64,000 nucleotides of DNA, from assembly GCF_002571385.2 (NCBI RefSeq), contig NW_019218260.1:39463-103462 (forward strand). Direction: 5' to 3'. Below the pieces are notes generated by a model. The model worked only from the letters and a program-made list of their open reading frames with translations, did no database searches and was not told where the DNA came from. The DNA is from Stylophora pistillata (Eukaryota). Shown piece after piece: positions 1 to 14,653 of this stretch. A program made the translations under genes and the position numbers. The first letter of the stretch is position 1. Each line of letters begins with the position of its first letter.

Positions 1-1644
1 GTTGTATTTTCGCTGGAATCCATGATAATCGTGAACTAAACTACTAATATTATAGCTTTGGCATAGATTTACATGTCCTCGGAGGTGCACAAACATGGCG
101 GGCACAATGATGTGTGACGTCACATGAATTCGATCTATTAGTGGATTAAATCTTGTCTGATGAGTACTCTTGTATCCATTTGCTTTTCATTTGTGATAGC
201 TTCTAATAAGTGCTGTGCAAGTTATTTGCAAACATTTCCAAACTATTGTGCGAACTATCGTGCAAGATGTATTCACTAAGTAGCGGGCTTAACAGACACA
301 TCAGGAAGAGCTAAGGTAAATATGAAGGCTTGAGGAATTATTTGCGAATTACAGGAGTCGCGTAGACCCGCCAACACCTTTTAAAGTGTATGTGGACGGG
401 CTTCACCTGAATGAGATAACTGAGCTTTCCAGAAAGACTCTCCCCTAGCGGCCTAAACATATCTTTTCAACATGTTTTTTTATCATCAACATTTATGGTA
501 CAAATACTTCTAATTAGGGTTTCCATTACTTTTTTTCCAGCTCTTTTGCTGAACTGCTCGATTCTGTGTGGTTTACAAATAGAAATATATTAAGAAAAAT
601 TGATAAATAGTGCCTATACACTTCGGAATCACTAGGAGTACCACAAATAAAGACAATAGACCATGTTGTGGGTCAAATTTAGCATTCAAGTGAAACCACA
701 ACCATATAAAAGTAACTGGAAAAAAAAATGTACCGTCTCCAGAGACAACCGAGGAGTAAGTCCTTTTTGTCCTTTTTCTTGTTGAGAAGAATCCATCAGT
801 ACAAGGTTTATATTCAAAGTTATATATTCAAGGTATATATAATTAACGCGAAAAGGTGTCGAGTAAGTGACGATCTCTCAATTTTAACTGGAGACGGCTG
901 GTAGCTGTCTTGATAGCTCCCAATTANTTTTTTTAATTCTTTTACTTGCATCTCCATGAACAGTTCCGGTACGTGTTTTTTTTTTTTCGGGACCCTCAGA
1001 GACCCTCAGAGATAAATTTCACATTAAATTATTTGATTAAGTTGTGAATTGACCATTAATTTTTAATCATCGATATTCTTATTTATTTATTTACTTTTAT
1101 TTGTTTTTTAATTTATTATATTTTGGTCATTCCGGGTATTCCGGCACAGAATTCTGGTTTTCTGTGGTTTGCAAACTACCATAAATTTCTGCATTTTGAG
1201 AAAAGAAAAATGGGTTTCGTGTGACATTGTGATTCATTGGAAGAAAACAGGTGAAGTTTACAACATGAGTCAGTGATTCGATGATGAAAATAAGTTATGA
1301 ATGCAGGTTTTGCTTTAATGGAGATAGTATAATTTTTCGCACGTGCAATCTCTTAGATGTTTTTATCTGACATGGGTATTATTTAACACGTGTGATATTT
1401 TGCACACCAGAGTGCAATGACAGGGCATAACACGGCTTTTCTTTTCGCACCCTTTAACACGCTTCTTTAATTAACCTGAACACAGTTTATATAGAACAAA
1501 AGAACATTTTAATCGGGAGTGCATCGTGACACGCCGCTACTGTGTTAACGAAAATTTTTCTTGTCTACCGCGCTAAAATAGTGTGCCCGTGTCATCACCA
1601 TTATGCTGGAAATCCTGTGGAGGGTCACATATAAGAAAGTACTG

Positions 1645-2140
1645 ATATACGTATGATGCACGATCCTCGCAGTAGAGAGCGCTAGTTATGCAATAGTGAA
1701 AATCAGACCTGAAAAAAATCAGGCCTGTATGGGATTCGAACCACTGACCTGGACAGTGGTTCGAATCCCGCACCGGCCTGATTTTTTTCAGGTCTGATTT
1801 TTGCTATTGCATAAATAGCGCTCTTTACTGTGAGGATCATGCATCTTACGTATCTACAACCTCAGTTCAAAATATATGAACTTCAAATATTCATTGTATC
1901 TGATTTATCATCATGAGTTTGTTACGAATGAACTTAACGCCCGCTCCCAGTTAGCTCAATTGGTAGAGTGCTGCACTAGTATTGCAGAGGTCAGTGGTTC
2001 AAATCCCATACAGGCCTGATTTTTTTCAGGTCTGATTTTCGCTATCGCATAAATAGCACTCTCTACTGCGAGGATCGTGCATCATATATATCTACAACCG
2101 CAGTTCAAAATATATGAACTTCATAAATTCATAGTATATG
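1645..2140. repeat. tRNA-derived (SINE-like) repeat cluster: one inverted and two direct copies
   Basis: 1650-1750 is the reverse complement of 1995-2090, and 1755-1900 recurs at about 1995-2135. 1943-2016 folds like a tRNA (A-box TAGCTCAATTGG, anticodon stem CTGCA/TGCAG with AGT in the loop, B-box GGTTCAAATCC), but the acceptor stem is poor. Confidence 0.65.
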
Positions 2141-4682
2141 TTTATTGATATACTTATGTTCTTGTCTGCGAGGAAAACCTTTCGATCACGATTCGTTTGT
2201 GAGCGACGTGAAAATAATCAATGACGTTGTAAATAATCTTTGTCCCAACACCGAAGATAGCCGTGATGAAAAATGATATGCAGAAACATGACGAGTTTTA
2301 TATGACTTTGAATTTCTTGACCCCTACCGATTTTGTGCTATTGAATAGTGCAAAGTCAGGAGGGGGTCTAATTTTTCTTCACCTAGCATCTCTGCGGGGC
2401 AAAAATTTAATAAAGGATTTTCACAAGAAAGGTGTTGAGAAGTGACATTTGGCACATGACTATCTATCAACAGATTTAATTTGACACGTCAGGCTAGACA
2501 ACATTATGAGGTAAGTATCGAGTGCGCTCGTTGGATCACAAAGTGTAGAAAATGCATCTTCTCAACGTAAACAAAAATTACGAGACGCCCATATTGAAGT
2601 GTGCGTCATTTCCTTTATGTTGAGCCAAGCAGGAGCACTTTTAGTAAAGAAATATTTGAGAAAAAGTAAGAATTATAAGTACGAACCTATGAGAGAATTA
2701 TTAGCTAGTACGAACATAGTTCTCAAAGCCATTAATCAATCGATCGATGATACAGCGCACGATAAGTTGCTGTTCTTATCAGAGTAGGAAAACAGTAACT
2801 TTGACTCTTAGCAGGGTGTTATATTTTGAGGTTCCTGCTTCTACATTCAACAGTTACCTAAAGCTAGCTGAAAGATACTACAAATTAACATGTGAGAGGG
2901 TCAATGTGGCGAAAAAAAGTTAATTTGAAATTTTTTCACCCGGTGAAAAGGTTCAGTTATTCCTAAACTGGAAAAATATATATTTTTTCTAAAACTGGCC
3001 TCTTGGCTGGGTTGAGGTGCACTGCATTCTGAAGTATTAAGAATAAGGCTTCCATCTCTTATTTTTGTAAATATTATTCGCCATAATTCACAGATTAAAA
3101 ATGTCACTAGCAACACTTAGTCCATGTTGTCCCCGTCTCAACGAGTTCTCCTTCACCGACATGCTTCTGATTAAGGACCTCTGCCTCTGTATTTATTCGT
3201 CTGCAGTGATCTGCGATCCTAGCTTACCTCTTTTCTTTCTATCTTTTCGTCTTTGCTTTTGCTTCATTATTCGCTCTTTGTGAATTAGCATCTCCTGCTC
3301 GTCGCTTTCATCGTCTTAAAGAAATCAATAACACATAAATAACTCAAAGTTTAACGCAACGCAAAGTCGCTAAACACTCGGAAAGTGACTCCTCTTTATT
3401 CAGGTATTTCATACGTCAACTTAACTGGAGAGAAATGCTGCTTTTGTGCTCTTTTTAAAGAGCACGTTATAACTTTAGAGACTAAATTGCTGTGGAAACT
3501 TGACAGCGAAAGAGAATCACTATTTAGATCTGGGTATAGTGACCTGGAAATAATAGTAAATCTCATTACCTACCGCCGGCTTGAATACACATATCCCTCG
3601 TCGTAGCTTTCATATAATGAATCTCTGGTTTGAAACACATGCGTTTGAAACTCATACCAGAACAGTTGGTTCTTCCGCTGCAAGAACTTGAATGGCTGGA
3701 CACGAAAACGGTGCTCACTAACTATGTTACAACTTGCCAATTATGCACGAAACACATGACAACAAGAAGGGCCTTAGAAAAGCATTACAACCAAAAGCAT
3801 CCTTGTTGTGATACTCCACAGAGTATCGTCTTTCCTAACTTGGGAAGTAAGCAGGCTCCAGTATAGAAGCCGCACCTTTTAACTGGAATGGGCATACTTG
3901 AAATGGCTGGCAGAATTCATGGAGCATTTAAACTCTGCACATAACCCTAGAGTTCCTGGTAAGTACTAAAAAAACAAAGTTGGATCAAACTCTTCAGACT
4001 ATTCGTAATCATACCATTTATCTTTCTCCAAAGGGGTTTTTTTCTGCATAGTTCCACGTGTTATTTGAGCTTAATTATTTCGTTGGGTCTTTGATCAATA
4101 TTACTTCAGACAGCCCCTTTTTATCAGTGTAGCAAATTAAGCAAGCCATGTTACAAGTTCGAAGGCTTTGCTCGAACGAAGTGCATCAGCATCTGGAAAG
4201 TCATTTCCCCCGTAGGGGTTTTTTTAACACAGTTTCAAGGCCGGGCTGTATGGACAACAGCTCACATGCTCGTGCCCAGTATTGAAAATTAGAACAAAAA
4301 ATGGTCACTTATCTTGATCCTCTATTCCGCATATTTTTACAAACTAGAAGTGAACTTATAGAACCTCGAAACCAGTTATTTGCAATGGTTGTAAGAGTAA
4401 GACTTGTGACCCTCACTTAATGCCTTTCAGGTCATGTACTTTTTGTTACCAGGCAACGAACAACACTGGTGTATGTTTTGAGACCAAAAGAAGATCAAAT
4501 AGCGTAATTCAAATGGCGATTGAGGTTATATACGCCCAGGAGTATGTAACCTCAGGGTTACAAGTCGTCCTGAGGCCATCTTGAAGCACTTCAGTGAGAC
4601 GAGCGTTACTTTTAGTGTTTCTTAAAAATATTTTTATCATAATATCGTGAAATTTTAATGTATTTTGTACGGCTCTGTGAAC

Positions 4683-5261
4683 TTTTGACAACATATCTTT
4701 TCTTTTCTTGCTTGCCTGCATGTTAATCTTTCTCAAAGCACTAAGAAATGTCACTCCAAGGTTTCCATCACAATAATACACCACCTAGATAGAAACAATA
4801 TAGGCACTGAATAACATCAAAACCATTATTATAGACATTCATAGTTACTTGTATTGTACTACATACAGTGGATTAAAATGCAAAATTCCAAGAAAGCCTC
4901 TCTGCAGTCACAACTAGTCATAGATGTTGGAGAAGAAACGGAACTACTAGATAATGTGAATTCATATGGTATCCAATTTTTGAGAATTCAACAAATAGAA
5001 TTATATGGGAAAAGCCCAATCTATAAAATATATGACAATGTAACTAAGAGACAAATATATATGACTCTTTTGACAACATATCTTTTCTTTTCTTGCTTGC
5101 CTGCATGTTAATCTTTCTCAAAGCACTAAGAAATGTCACTCCAAGGTTTCCATCACAATAATACACCACCTAGATAGAAACAATATAGGCACTGAATAAC
5201 ATCAAAACCATTATTATAGACATTCATAGTTACTTGTATTGTACTACATACAGTGGATTAA
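4683..5261. repeat. ~190-bp direct duplication (4683-4876 and 5068-5261)
   Basis: Near-identical TTTTGACAACATATC...TACATACAGTGGATTAA at both positions. Confidence 0.85.
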
Positions 5262-5839
5262 TACGTACATGTAGATGCCATCAAATGAGACATTCAGTTT
5301 TTATTGTGGCTTATTGTTAAGACTGAAATATTTAAGACAACCACTCACAGTAATGGTTCAAATACATGTACGTAGTATGAAAAAGACTTTTGGCCTCATT
5401 GTAGAATAGGTAACAACAATATTCCTTTGCTTGCTTTAAGTAGTTGAATAAATTAAAGACTGAATTGATCATGTTAAGTTCATTATAATTTCCACTTTTG
5501 TGTGCAAATGAGAGCCACATGAGAAAAATTATTACCATACAGTCATCACTAGATAGATAAGCTAAGCTCCTTTCCTGTTTCAGGCAAGCCAAGCAGTGAT
5601 CTCAACATTTATTCACTAAAAAAATATGAAAACAAAGAACCTAAATTTTTCATGTGATCTTACCATGTCAGTGCCTGGCAATCACCTGTAAAAATTAGAC
5701 TTCCACAGAGTCCCAGCTTAAAATAGGGGAGCCTTTTGTCTGCTCTAGAGAACTAAAGTTCCAAAACTATTGTCATCTGGTTACAAGTTAGGATATTATC
5801 AATCAAAATATAGACTTGTTTATGTGTAATTACATTACC

Positions 5840-6660
5840 ATTTTAGGGCCCAAGAAACACCTGAGGATAAATTTCCCACAGAGTCACAGCTTGAAAAGCC
5901 GAGTTCCTCTGCTGTTTCAGGCAGGCCAAACAGTGATATCAACAGTTTTTCATGCTCGAAAAACTAATTTCAAAAATGGTTCAAGTAAAATTAATAACAT
6001 TTTAGTGCCCTAGAATCACCTGAGGATAAATTTCCCACAGAGTTACAGCTTGAAAAGCCAGGTTCCTCTGCTGTTTCAGGCAGGCCAAACAGTGATATCA
6101 ACAGTCTTTTACTCGACACAAATGAAATTCAATAATGGCTCATGTGGAATTAATAACACTTTAGTGCCCAAGAAACACCTGAGGATAAATTTCCCACAGA
6201 GTCACAGCTTGAAAAGCCAGGTTCCTCTGCTGTTTCAGCTAGGCCAAACGGAGTGATACTAACAGTCTTTTACTCGACACAAATGAAATTCAATAATGGC
6301 TCGTGTGGAATTAATAACACTTTAGCACCCAAGAAACACCTGGGGATAAATTTCCCACTGAGTCACAGCCTGAAAAGCTAGTTTCCTCTGCTGTTTCAGG
6401 CAAGCCAAATGGTGATACCAACAATCTTTTACTTACTACAAACTAATTCCGACCTATAATTAGTTTGAAAGGGAAATTTTACCATTTTAGTGCCCAAGGA
6501 ACACAGAGCTGCAGTTTGAAAAGCACAGTTCCTCTGCTGTTCCAGGCATGTTAAACACTTACCAAGTTTCCAGTTCAAATGTTTTGTTCCCAAAAAGCAC
6601 CTGGAGATGTCATTTCTCACAGAGTCAGCTTAAAAAAGCCAAGTTTCTCTGTTACTTCAG
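5840..6660. repeat. Tandem repeat, ~160-bp unit, about 5 diverged copies
   Basis: AAGAAACACCTGAGGATAAATTTCCCACAGAGTCACAGCTTGAAAAGCC or close variants recur at about 5852, 6012, 6170 and 6331, then decay. Confidence 0.85.
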
Positions 6661-7103
6661 GAAGGGCAGACAGTAACTGAAATTGAAAAGGACAATTATT
6701 AACACTGACAGTAAATATTTAAATGGTGCAAAGGTAGTGGCTACATGTAGTGGCCCATTCCATATAAAAGAAAAAAAACTCAAAAAGAAGCCCATTTAAT
6801 GATCTGAATCATTAACTGCTCTCTGTCAACTGTTCAAGAGTTTACTTGCTCAAGTTATCTTTTGGATCAGACATAATTTCTTGATTAAGGTTTTGACTTC
6901 AAATAGTATCCACATGTATCCATCCAAAGAGGAAGGCTGTTAAGAATACAAAGGGGAATGGTATCTCAAATGCTAAAATTTGTAAAGGAACAAAGTGGAT
7001 ATTCCAAGGGGTAGGTGGCTCACACCAAAAACCTTCTGAAGGGGATATGGGGATGCCTGTTTTCTAGAAACATTGACACTGCTTAGCCTCAAGTTTTGTT
7101 TGT

Positions 7104-7520
7104 TTAGTTTTTGTTTTTAAATAAATGATCGCTCCTTTTTGAGTTTGCTTGCTTCTGCGACGCGTCGCCAATCTGGCCCGAAATCTTGAAGTCGCGTTTG
7201 AATTTTGAAATTGACACCGCGGGATTTTGCTCTATTTTGACGGTCGCCTTACTATTTTCAGAAGCTTTCGGCGGTTCCGTTTTCTGTTCCGGTACAAATT
7301 TTCCCTGCATACTTAGAGATGACGACAACACTTTGAGCTTCTCATTATCTAATTCTTCCGTTTCGAGGTATTTATTTAGAGCTCGGATAAAAACCAACCT
7401 TCCCTTGCTCTCAGGCGGTACAGTAATGTTCAGCCCACTACAAACTTCTTTAAGCCTTTCCTCGCTCAAGGAACACAACGCGGCCTGAATTTCGATCTGC
7501 AGACTCTCGGTGTCCATCAT
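7104..7520 (-). pseudogene. Gypsy-type LTR retrotransposon gag N-terminal fragment
   Basis: Motif KFKRDFKISGQIGD resembles invertebrate Gypsy gag proteins; ORF ends right after it. Recognised from memory, no search. Confidence 0.5.
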
Positions 7521-8737
7521 ACTTCCAAGAAATAATCTTTCGTACTCACCAATAGTGCAATCAGCCGTTCACAAAAGAAATGCGACACTTTACGTCAAGA
7601 TCAGTCCGCCGTCGACAGCAATCGACCACAACCAACTCGCGCTCGACGAATCAATCAAGCGTGCCAATTACTTTGTCCTTCACAACCCAAGGCAGTTCTT
7701 CGTCGATGATAAGCCTCTTCGGTCCAGTCCTGGCAGGGTCGCCAATGTTACACACTCAAATCAACCAGATAATGAAACACAAGGTTATATTTTATTCCCA
7801 AAAAACTTCGAGCACATGCGTTTTCTCTATTTTACCCGACACCCTTTTGGGTTCATGAACTCGACAAAACATGTCACGCACTCTACACGACCACTGTGTC
7901 AGCTACTGTACCAGGCGTAGATAGTGGCATCTCCAATCCAAGCAATCCAAGCTGTCTTGAGCTGCCGCGAAAATTCTATCTTCCCGCCATTTCCGAGTCA
8001 AACTGGTGAGAATTTAATAATTCCCTCACGAACCTAAATTGATCTGAAGCAACCACTAGCTATGCAACGAGATTTTTTCGTTGTAACGCTCTTCTAATTA
8101 TTCTGAAGAGGCCGGGAACATTAACAGTGTCCTTCTTCGGCAACGAACCAAACCACGGTGATCCTGGTCGACTTGTCCACCATTTCCATCGACCAGATCG
8201 TGGACGCATACTTCTGCAATGTCCTCAATCATTCCATGAACTCTCTTGATTTACAAAACCAGTCGTTTGATGCAGTGTACCAAATTTTGCCTGGATCGAG
8301 CGACAGTCCAAAAATTCGGCGAAGAGGATATAGCTTCGCCGCCATATCTCATTTGCGCCAAAGTATTTTGGATTATGCGTGACGAAGCACTTTGTTATAT
8401 ATTAAATGTAATTAGAGTAGACAATAAACCATTTATGGATACATGATCTGGTTTTCATTTTTACAGCGCATCAAGATATGCTTAGCACCTTCATCTACTG
8501 CAAACAGTGCAGTCATGACAGATGTGTAATTTTGCTAATTCCATTTTCTTGACTACCCCGGAAATTAGAACCCATACCCAGCTGTGAATTTCAAAATCGC
8601 ATGAAGCTCGTCGTGTATAACACAATTTAATCAATCGTTCATACAATCAGCCAGCATTAAACCAAGCATCTTCTCAAGTTCTTCGTTCACCGTTACTAAT
8701 TCGTTCTGAAGAAAATTTGTTTTAGAAACCCAATATT

Positions 8738-9948
8738 CCAATTACAATTACAATACTTTATTCAAGAGAAAGGAAAATAAAAATTGTAAAAGTATCTCTC
8801 GAAAGGGGATATTCTAGAGGTTAACCCTATATAAAAGATTCCCCGAATAAAAAGATCAAAACATTATATACAGATAATTAAAAACTGTTTACCATCATCT
8901 CAATCAATATTCATGTAAATCTTTAGTCTGTTACGAAATAAAGTCAATGATCCTGCGTGTACAATATCTTTAGGCAAATTATTCCACATATTAACGATCC
9001 GTACAAAAAAAGAAAATTTGTAGCAATTTACGATAGCTATTTTTACGTAGAGCTTATAATCGTGATTGGCTCTAGTTCGATTACATTTAGTAAGTTCAAA
9101 AAAGTCCGAAAAATGAAGACTATCTATTTCCAGAACTATCTTGTAGCACTGGATCAGAGATAAAAACTCTCTTCGTTTCTCCAAAGTTTGCCAATTCAGT
9201 AGGCGGCAGCGGTCTTCATAGCTCATTTCTCCGCGTTTTTGCTTTAATGCCAACCGAGATGCCCTTCTTTGGACTTTTTCCAAGGATTCGATATCCTTTT
9301 TTTGGTAGGGGCTCCAGACGGGGACAGCGTATTCGAGTATAGGTCTTACTAACGACTTAAAGAGGCAGGAAAACGCATAGCGATTATCGTTTCCAAGTGA
9401 TCGCCTAATTATACCCAACACTTTGTTCGCCTTGTTTACTATGTAGGAAACGTGTTTACCCCAAGATAGATCGTAGTTTATTGTGACCCCTAGGTCCTTG
9501 GCGCTGTCGACAGATTTTAGTTGCGTACCAAGGGAATAACTAGGCTTGGATCTGTCTCTACTGTGCGTTACACGCATAACTTCACATTTTTCAGGATTAA
9601 AGCGCAACTGCCACTTGTTAGCCCAATCGCTTAATTTGTTCAAGTCCAGCTGTAAGGCTGGTATATCCTTATCAGGCTCCATGATCTTGCGATAGATTTT
9701 AGTATCATCAGCGTAGATTTTCACGGTTGATGCAATGTTTGCCGAAATATCATTTATATAAATAATGAATAGGATTGGGCCGAGTACTGTTCCTTGAGGC
9801 ACACCTGAAATCACGGGTGACCAGTCTGAACAATTGCCCCTTAACACTACACGCTGCCTTCTATTCGTCAAAAAATTTCTAATCCACAGTAGTAGAGAGC
9901 CGTCTATCCCATACCGTTGTAGTTTCAGCAGCAAGCGCTCGTGTGGCA
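8738..9948 (-). mobile_element. CR1-like non-LTR retrotransposon, 5'-truncated copy (RT C-terminal half and 3' UTR)
   Basis: ORF 8900-9967 with SGVPQGTVLGP, YADDTKIY, VRPILEY and WNNLP; short ATTGTA-type tail near 8740-8755. Confidence 0.9.
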
Positions 9949-10270
9949 GCGCGGGAACATAAGGCAAGAGCTAGTAAAGCAAAAAAACTCTGAGCGGGGT
10001 GGGGAAAGGACGCGCTTGCGTGTGACTTCTGCTCGGCTCAAGGACAACTAGTTCACACGCTTAACTCCTCCGTGTGTGGTTTAAGAGAGTAGAAACCACC
10101 TTCACTTATCTACAAAAAACTTTTAAAGTTAAGCTGCATAAGCTACTGATAATGTCAACCTGACAAAATAAATGTCATAAAGAGTCTGTTGTTTTTTAAA
10201 ATCACCTACGCTCTTCCCAAATATCTTTAAGCTTCGTCGAGGCCAGAATAAAGCCACTCTTCCCAAAACN

Positions 10271-12226
10271 GTAAAAGTATCTCTCGAAAGGGGATATTCT
10301 AGAGGTTAACCCTATATAAAAGATTCCCCGAATAAAAAGATCAAAACATTATATACAGATAATTAAAAACTGTTTACCATCATCTCAATCAATATTCATG
10401 TAAATCTTTAGTCTGTTACGAAATAAAGTCAATGATCCTGCGTGTACAATATCTTTAGGCAAATTATTCCACATATTAACGATCCGTACAAAAAAAGAAA
10501 ATTTGTAGCAATTTACGATAGCTATTTTTACGTAGAGCTTATAATCGTGATTGGCTCTAGTTCGATTACATTTAGTAAGTTCAAAAAAGTCCGAAAAATG
10601 AAGACTATCTATTTCCAGAACTATCTTGTAGCACTGGATCAGAGATAAAAACTCTCTTCGTTTCTCCAAAGTTTGCCAATTCAGTAGGCGGCAGCGGTCT
10701 TCATAGCTCATTTCTCCGCGTTTTTGCTTTAATGCCAACCGAGATGCCCTTCTTTGGACTTTTTCCAAGGATTCGATATCCTTTTTTTGGTAGGGGCTCC
10801 AGACGGGGACAGCGTATTCGAGTATAGGTCTTACTAACGACTTAAAGAGGCAGGAAAACGCATAGCGATTATCGTTTCCAAGTGATCGCCTAATTATACC
10901 CAACACTTTGTTCGCCTTGTTTACTATGTAGGAAACGTGTTTACCCCAAGATAGATCGTAGTTTATTGTGACCCCTAGGTCCTTGGCGCTGTCGACAGAT
11001 TTTAGTTGCGTACCAAGGGAATAACTAGGCTTGGATCTGTCTCTACTGTGCGTTACACGCATAACTTCACATTTTTCAGGATTAAAGCGCAACTGCCACT
11101 TGTTAGCCCAATCGCTTAATTTGTTCAAGTCCAGCTGTAAGGCTGGTATATCCTTATCAGGCTCCATGATCTTGCGATAGATTTTAGTATCATCAGCGTA
11201 GATTTTCACGGTTGATGCAATGTTTGCCGAAATATCATTTATATAAATAATGAATAGGATTGGGCCGAGTACTGTTCCTTGAGGCACACCTGAAATCACG
11301 GGTGACCAGTCTGAACAATTGCCCCTTAACACTACACGCTGCCTTCTATTCGTCAAAAAATTTCTAATCCACAGTAGTAGAGAGCCGTCTATCCCATACC
11401 GTTGTAGTTTCAGCAGCAAGCGCTCGTGTGGCACGCTGTCGAAAGCCTTGGAGAGATCTAAGAAGATGATATCCGTTTGTTGCGAGCAATTCCTAGCCTT
11501 TGCCCAGTCATTGTAACATGTAAGTAATTGTGCCAACGTCGATTTACCCCTTAGATACGCAAATTGGTCTGGATTAAAAAGATTGAGGTCTGACCAAAAG
11601 TCGACCACACGGGACTTTACCACAGCTTCTGCAATCTTGCAAACAATACAAGTCAGTGATATTTGGCGGTAGTTCTCCATGAGATTTTTGCTCCCTTTCT
11701 TATGGACTGGAGTGATGTGGGCCGACTTCCATATACTTGGTAGTTGACCTTGAGAGAAGGATGTATTCAAAAATAAAGCCAGTGGAGATGACAACACTTG
11801 AGCACATTCTCTTAGGATGCGAGGTGATATGTAGTCGGGCCCGGGGGACTTGTAAATATTCAAATTTCTTAGCAATTTCTCAACTTCCGTGGCAGAACAA
11901 AAGATGTTACATAATTTCTCATCTGTAATATATTCAAGGTCGGGAAAGTTTTCGTGATCCTCAACAGTAAACACCGATGAGAAATAAGAATTCATACAAT
12001 TGGCAATGCTCAGGTCGTCGTTAAGATACGAATCGTTCACCTTTAAGGACGCTAAATCACATTTGACTTTTCTCTTTGATTGAACAAAGTTCCAAAAAGG
12101 CTTTGAACTGTTTCCGGTCTTTAGTTCATCTGCCAGATTGTTTATAAATTGCCTACGTGCAGAGTTGCACTCCTTCTTCACATAGTTGTTGAATTTACGA
12201 TATTTGTTCCAATGATCTTTTACCAC
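10271..12226 (-). mobile_element. CR1-like non-LTR retrotransposon, open 613-aa RT region without endonuclease domain
   Basis: KSPGPDYI, NYRQISLT, FLDLSKAFDSV, QGTVLGP, YADD. The 3' part appears identical to 8787-9948 (offset 1485). Confidence 0.92.
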
Positions 12227-12957
12227 TAGTCCACTGTTTCATCAACCGTCCTCTCTCCTTTTTGTTAATCCATTTTCTCCTTAAATTTTCTTTCGGAACT
12301 TGATCTTTTTCTACCAAGTTTTTCAACAAATTTGACAAAGGTTGAATGGCTTGCCTTTTACGAACTTGATATACTTGATGTCCAAACCCTCTTGCTTGCT
12401 GTTTGCTGCCTCAATCACATGGCCGGTGATCGCCCCTGCTACTGCTCCATGGTCTTCAACATTGCTCGTCGCTGCTCTGTTAGAGGGGCGTCCCTCTGGA
12501 GACTCGAAGAGTCTTTCATTTGCAGAGCTGTCAAGAAACAAGTTGCCTACTTCCCACTCCAATCAAGTCAGTGTCGTCAAATTCGTCAAAAAAAGTCGTC
12601 AATTCATCATCCGAGTTCAGAACCATTTTTTTCGTAGAAAGAAAGTTGAGTATGTCCACCAAAATCTACCACATGTAGAAGCCTGTGGTGAGCCCTACCA
12701 AAGGTCGACTATCACGTTCTGTGGTCAACAAGAGAATAAAATATCACATGCAAGACAATAGGCACATACCAAAAGGGACAATGAAAGTTGAAAACTATTA
12801 ATAGGTTTTCAAAATTTTTTTCAATCTGAAAAACTATTTTTAGTTTTAAACTATGACGACACAGCACTGCTGTGTGGTTCACATGAACCGGTGGAAAGAG
12901 GTTGTGCAACACATTTTTTTATTCACGCTTCATGAATAGAAACAACAGTATTAAAAT

Positions 12958-13290
12958 TTAATCTTCATCATCACTGCCTTCTATGGTCAGTAATGGTCTT
13001 GTGGGTTTTAGGGGTTTGATGTATGCATTGTGAACTTTCATTTGAATGGAAATGGTGCTGTCGCTTATGTAAATGCTTTCAACAATTAATGCTAATTTCA
13101 CTTTACAATATTGATTGAGATGTTCAAATGGCTCGACTTTGTCGTTACCTTTTGTTCTGAATAGCGATGAGATTTTGTCAAATCTTTTCGAATAAATCAG
13201 TTTCGCGTATAACACGGATGATTTGGATTAGTCTCTCTCTTTCGTCTTATTACCTTTTTCATTACTGTTTTGATCTGTTTGTAATACAAA
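12958..13290 (-). pseudogene. Virus-like (DUF2738/SSB-like) gene fragment
   Basis: LYAKLIYSK...CKVKLALIVESIYIS...SIQMKV resembles proteins of large DNA viruses and endogenous viral elements. Pattern recognition only. Confidence 0.35.
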
Positions 13291-14653
13291 AGATCATTTA
13301 AATCCTGCTATATCAGCACCAAACACCTCTCCGAGATGCTAGTGACAAATATCTTCGAGATGAGTGAGAGAATCATAAAATTCCTCTTGCTCTGGCGTCG
13401 GTTCAGTACTAGTACTACCCCAAGAGTAAACAGGAAGAGAGTAACCGACCAAATTATATTTTCTTTGCAAAGATTTGAAAGACTTGTCAGTTGCATGTTG
13501 GTATGGTAATATTTATTTCTTTACCTCGATTTTTATTAAGACCTTTGATAATATAAACAGATTTGTGACTCGAAAAACACCGAAGGGTATTAAATTATAG
13601 ACGGTTCACCATAAAGAAGCAACTCACAAAACACCATTACAATAATTTAATGTGAATGATCGATAATTTAACGAAAATGTCCCAGAACTGGCCAATCCCT
13701 ACTGCTTGTACCCAATCATTCCAAGTACTTCAAAAGTCTTTTCACTCATGAGAGATTCTCTCACCCCCCAGCATCTGTGGTTGCCTTTGATAACTAAAGT
13801 ATAAATTCATAAAACCATCAAACAAAATTATTTACCTATACTGCTATTAGCCTTACCACTGTAATCACAGGTAATACTGCCTAGTAACAATGTTACATAT
13901 TTGTATACCAGTGCAAGAACCCCACACTGCCTATCAATCATCTCCATTAATATTCTTTACCTTACCAAATAAAACAAATAACAATTTTAAGTATGATTTT
14001 CATAATCTCTAACTACACTTTCACATTCTCTATGCTTCAAATTAGCTTTATTGGGAGTTGATTGAAATTATTGTTATATGTATTGATCTAGCTTACATTA
14101 TCAACAGCTTCTTTTAGTTTAGAATCCTTGATATCGATTGGGGACAGCTCCTTTCCCAGGATGTAGTTTGCCATTGGTGGTGCCAAGAAGTTGGGAGCTG
14201 GTCCAAGAAATACTCTGAAGAGCAATTTCTTTGTGTACTGTGATGTCTTCCATTCTCAGGTTTGTAATATTTGTCTCTGGTCCATCCTTAACGGAACAGT
14301 AGTTCTGGTTTACAAGTGTCTTAACTAATGCCTCCATCAGTTGGGTCATTAGAGAGCTTAAGCACCAGACGTTCTTGACAACACGAATGGCAGAGAAGCC
14401 GTGTAAGACTGGATCGATGCCTTCGTTCTTGGTGCGAAATAGGAAGGTTAAGCAGTCGATGTTTTTCAGACACGGACTTCTACCCGTGTTAACATGTCTT
14501 TGCTAAAAGATGCTAGAGATATGACCTTAATGAGCAAGGGAATACGCTTTTTTAACCCACTCTCTTGAAAATATAGTTTTCCTGTGTATTTTAAGAATAG
14601 GGGTATGTCAAACTGATGTCATGCTTTATGTGACCCTTTGTTTTCTTTTTAAA

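Noticed and set aside
1943-2016. Functional tRNA-Thr gene
   Set aside because: Acceptor and T stems pair poorly and it is embedded in a repeat unit.
2200-5600. Short ORFs as host exons
   Set aside because: No recognisable domains or consistent exon chain.
8738-12226. Two recent independent CR1 insertions
   Set aside because: The copies appear identical and are separated by an N at 10270, so haplotype or assembly duplication cannot be excluded.
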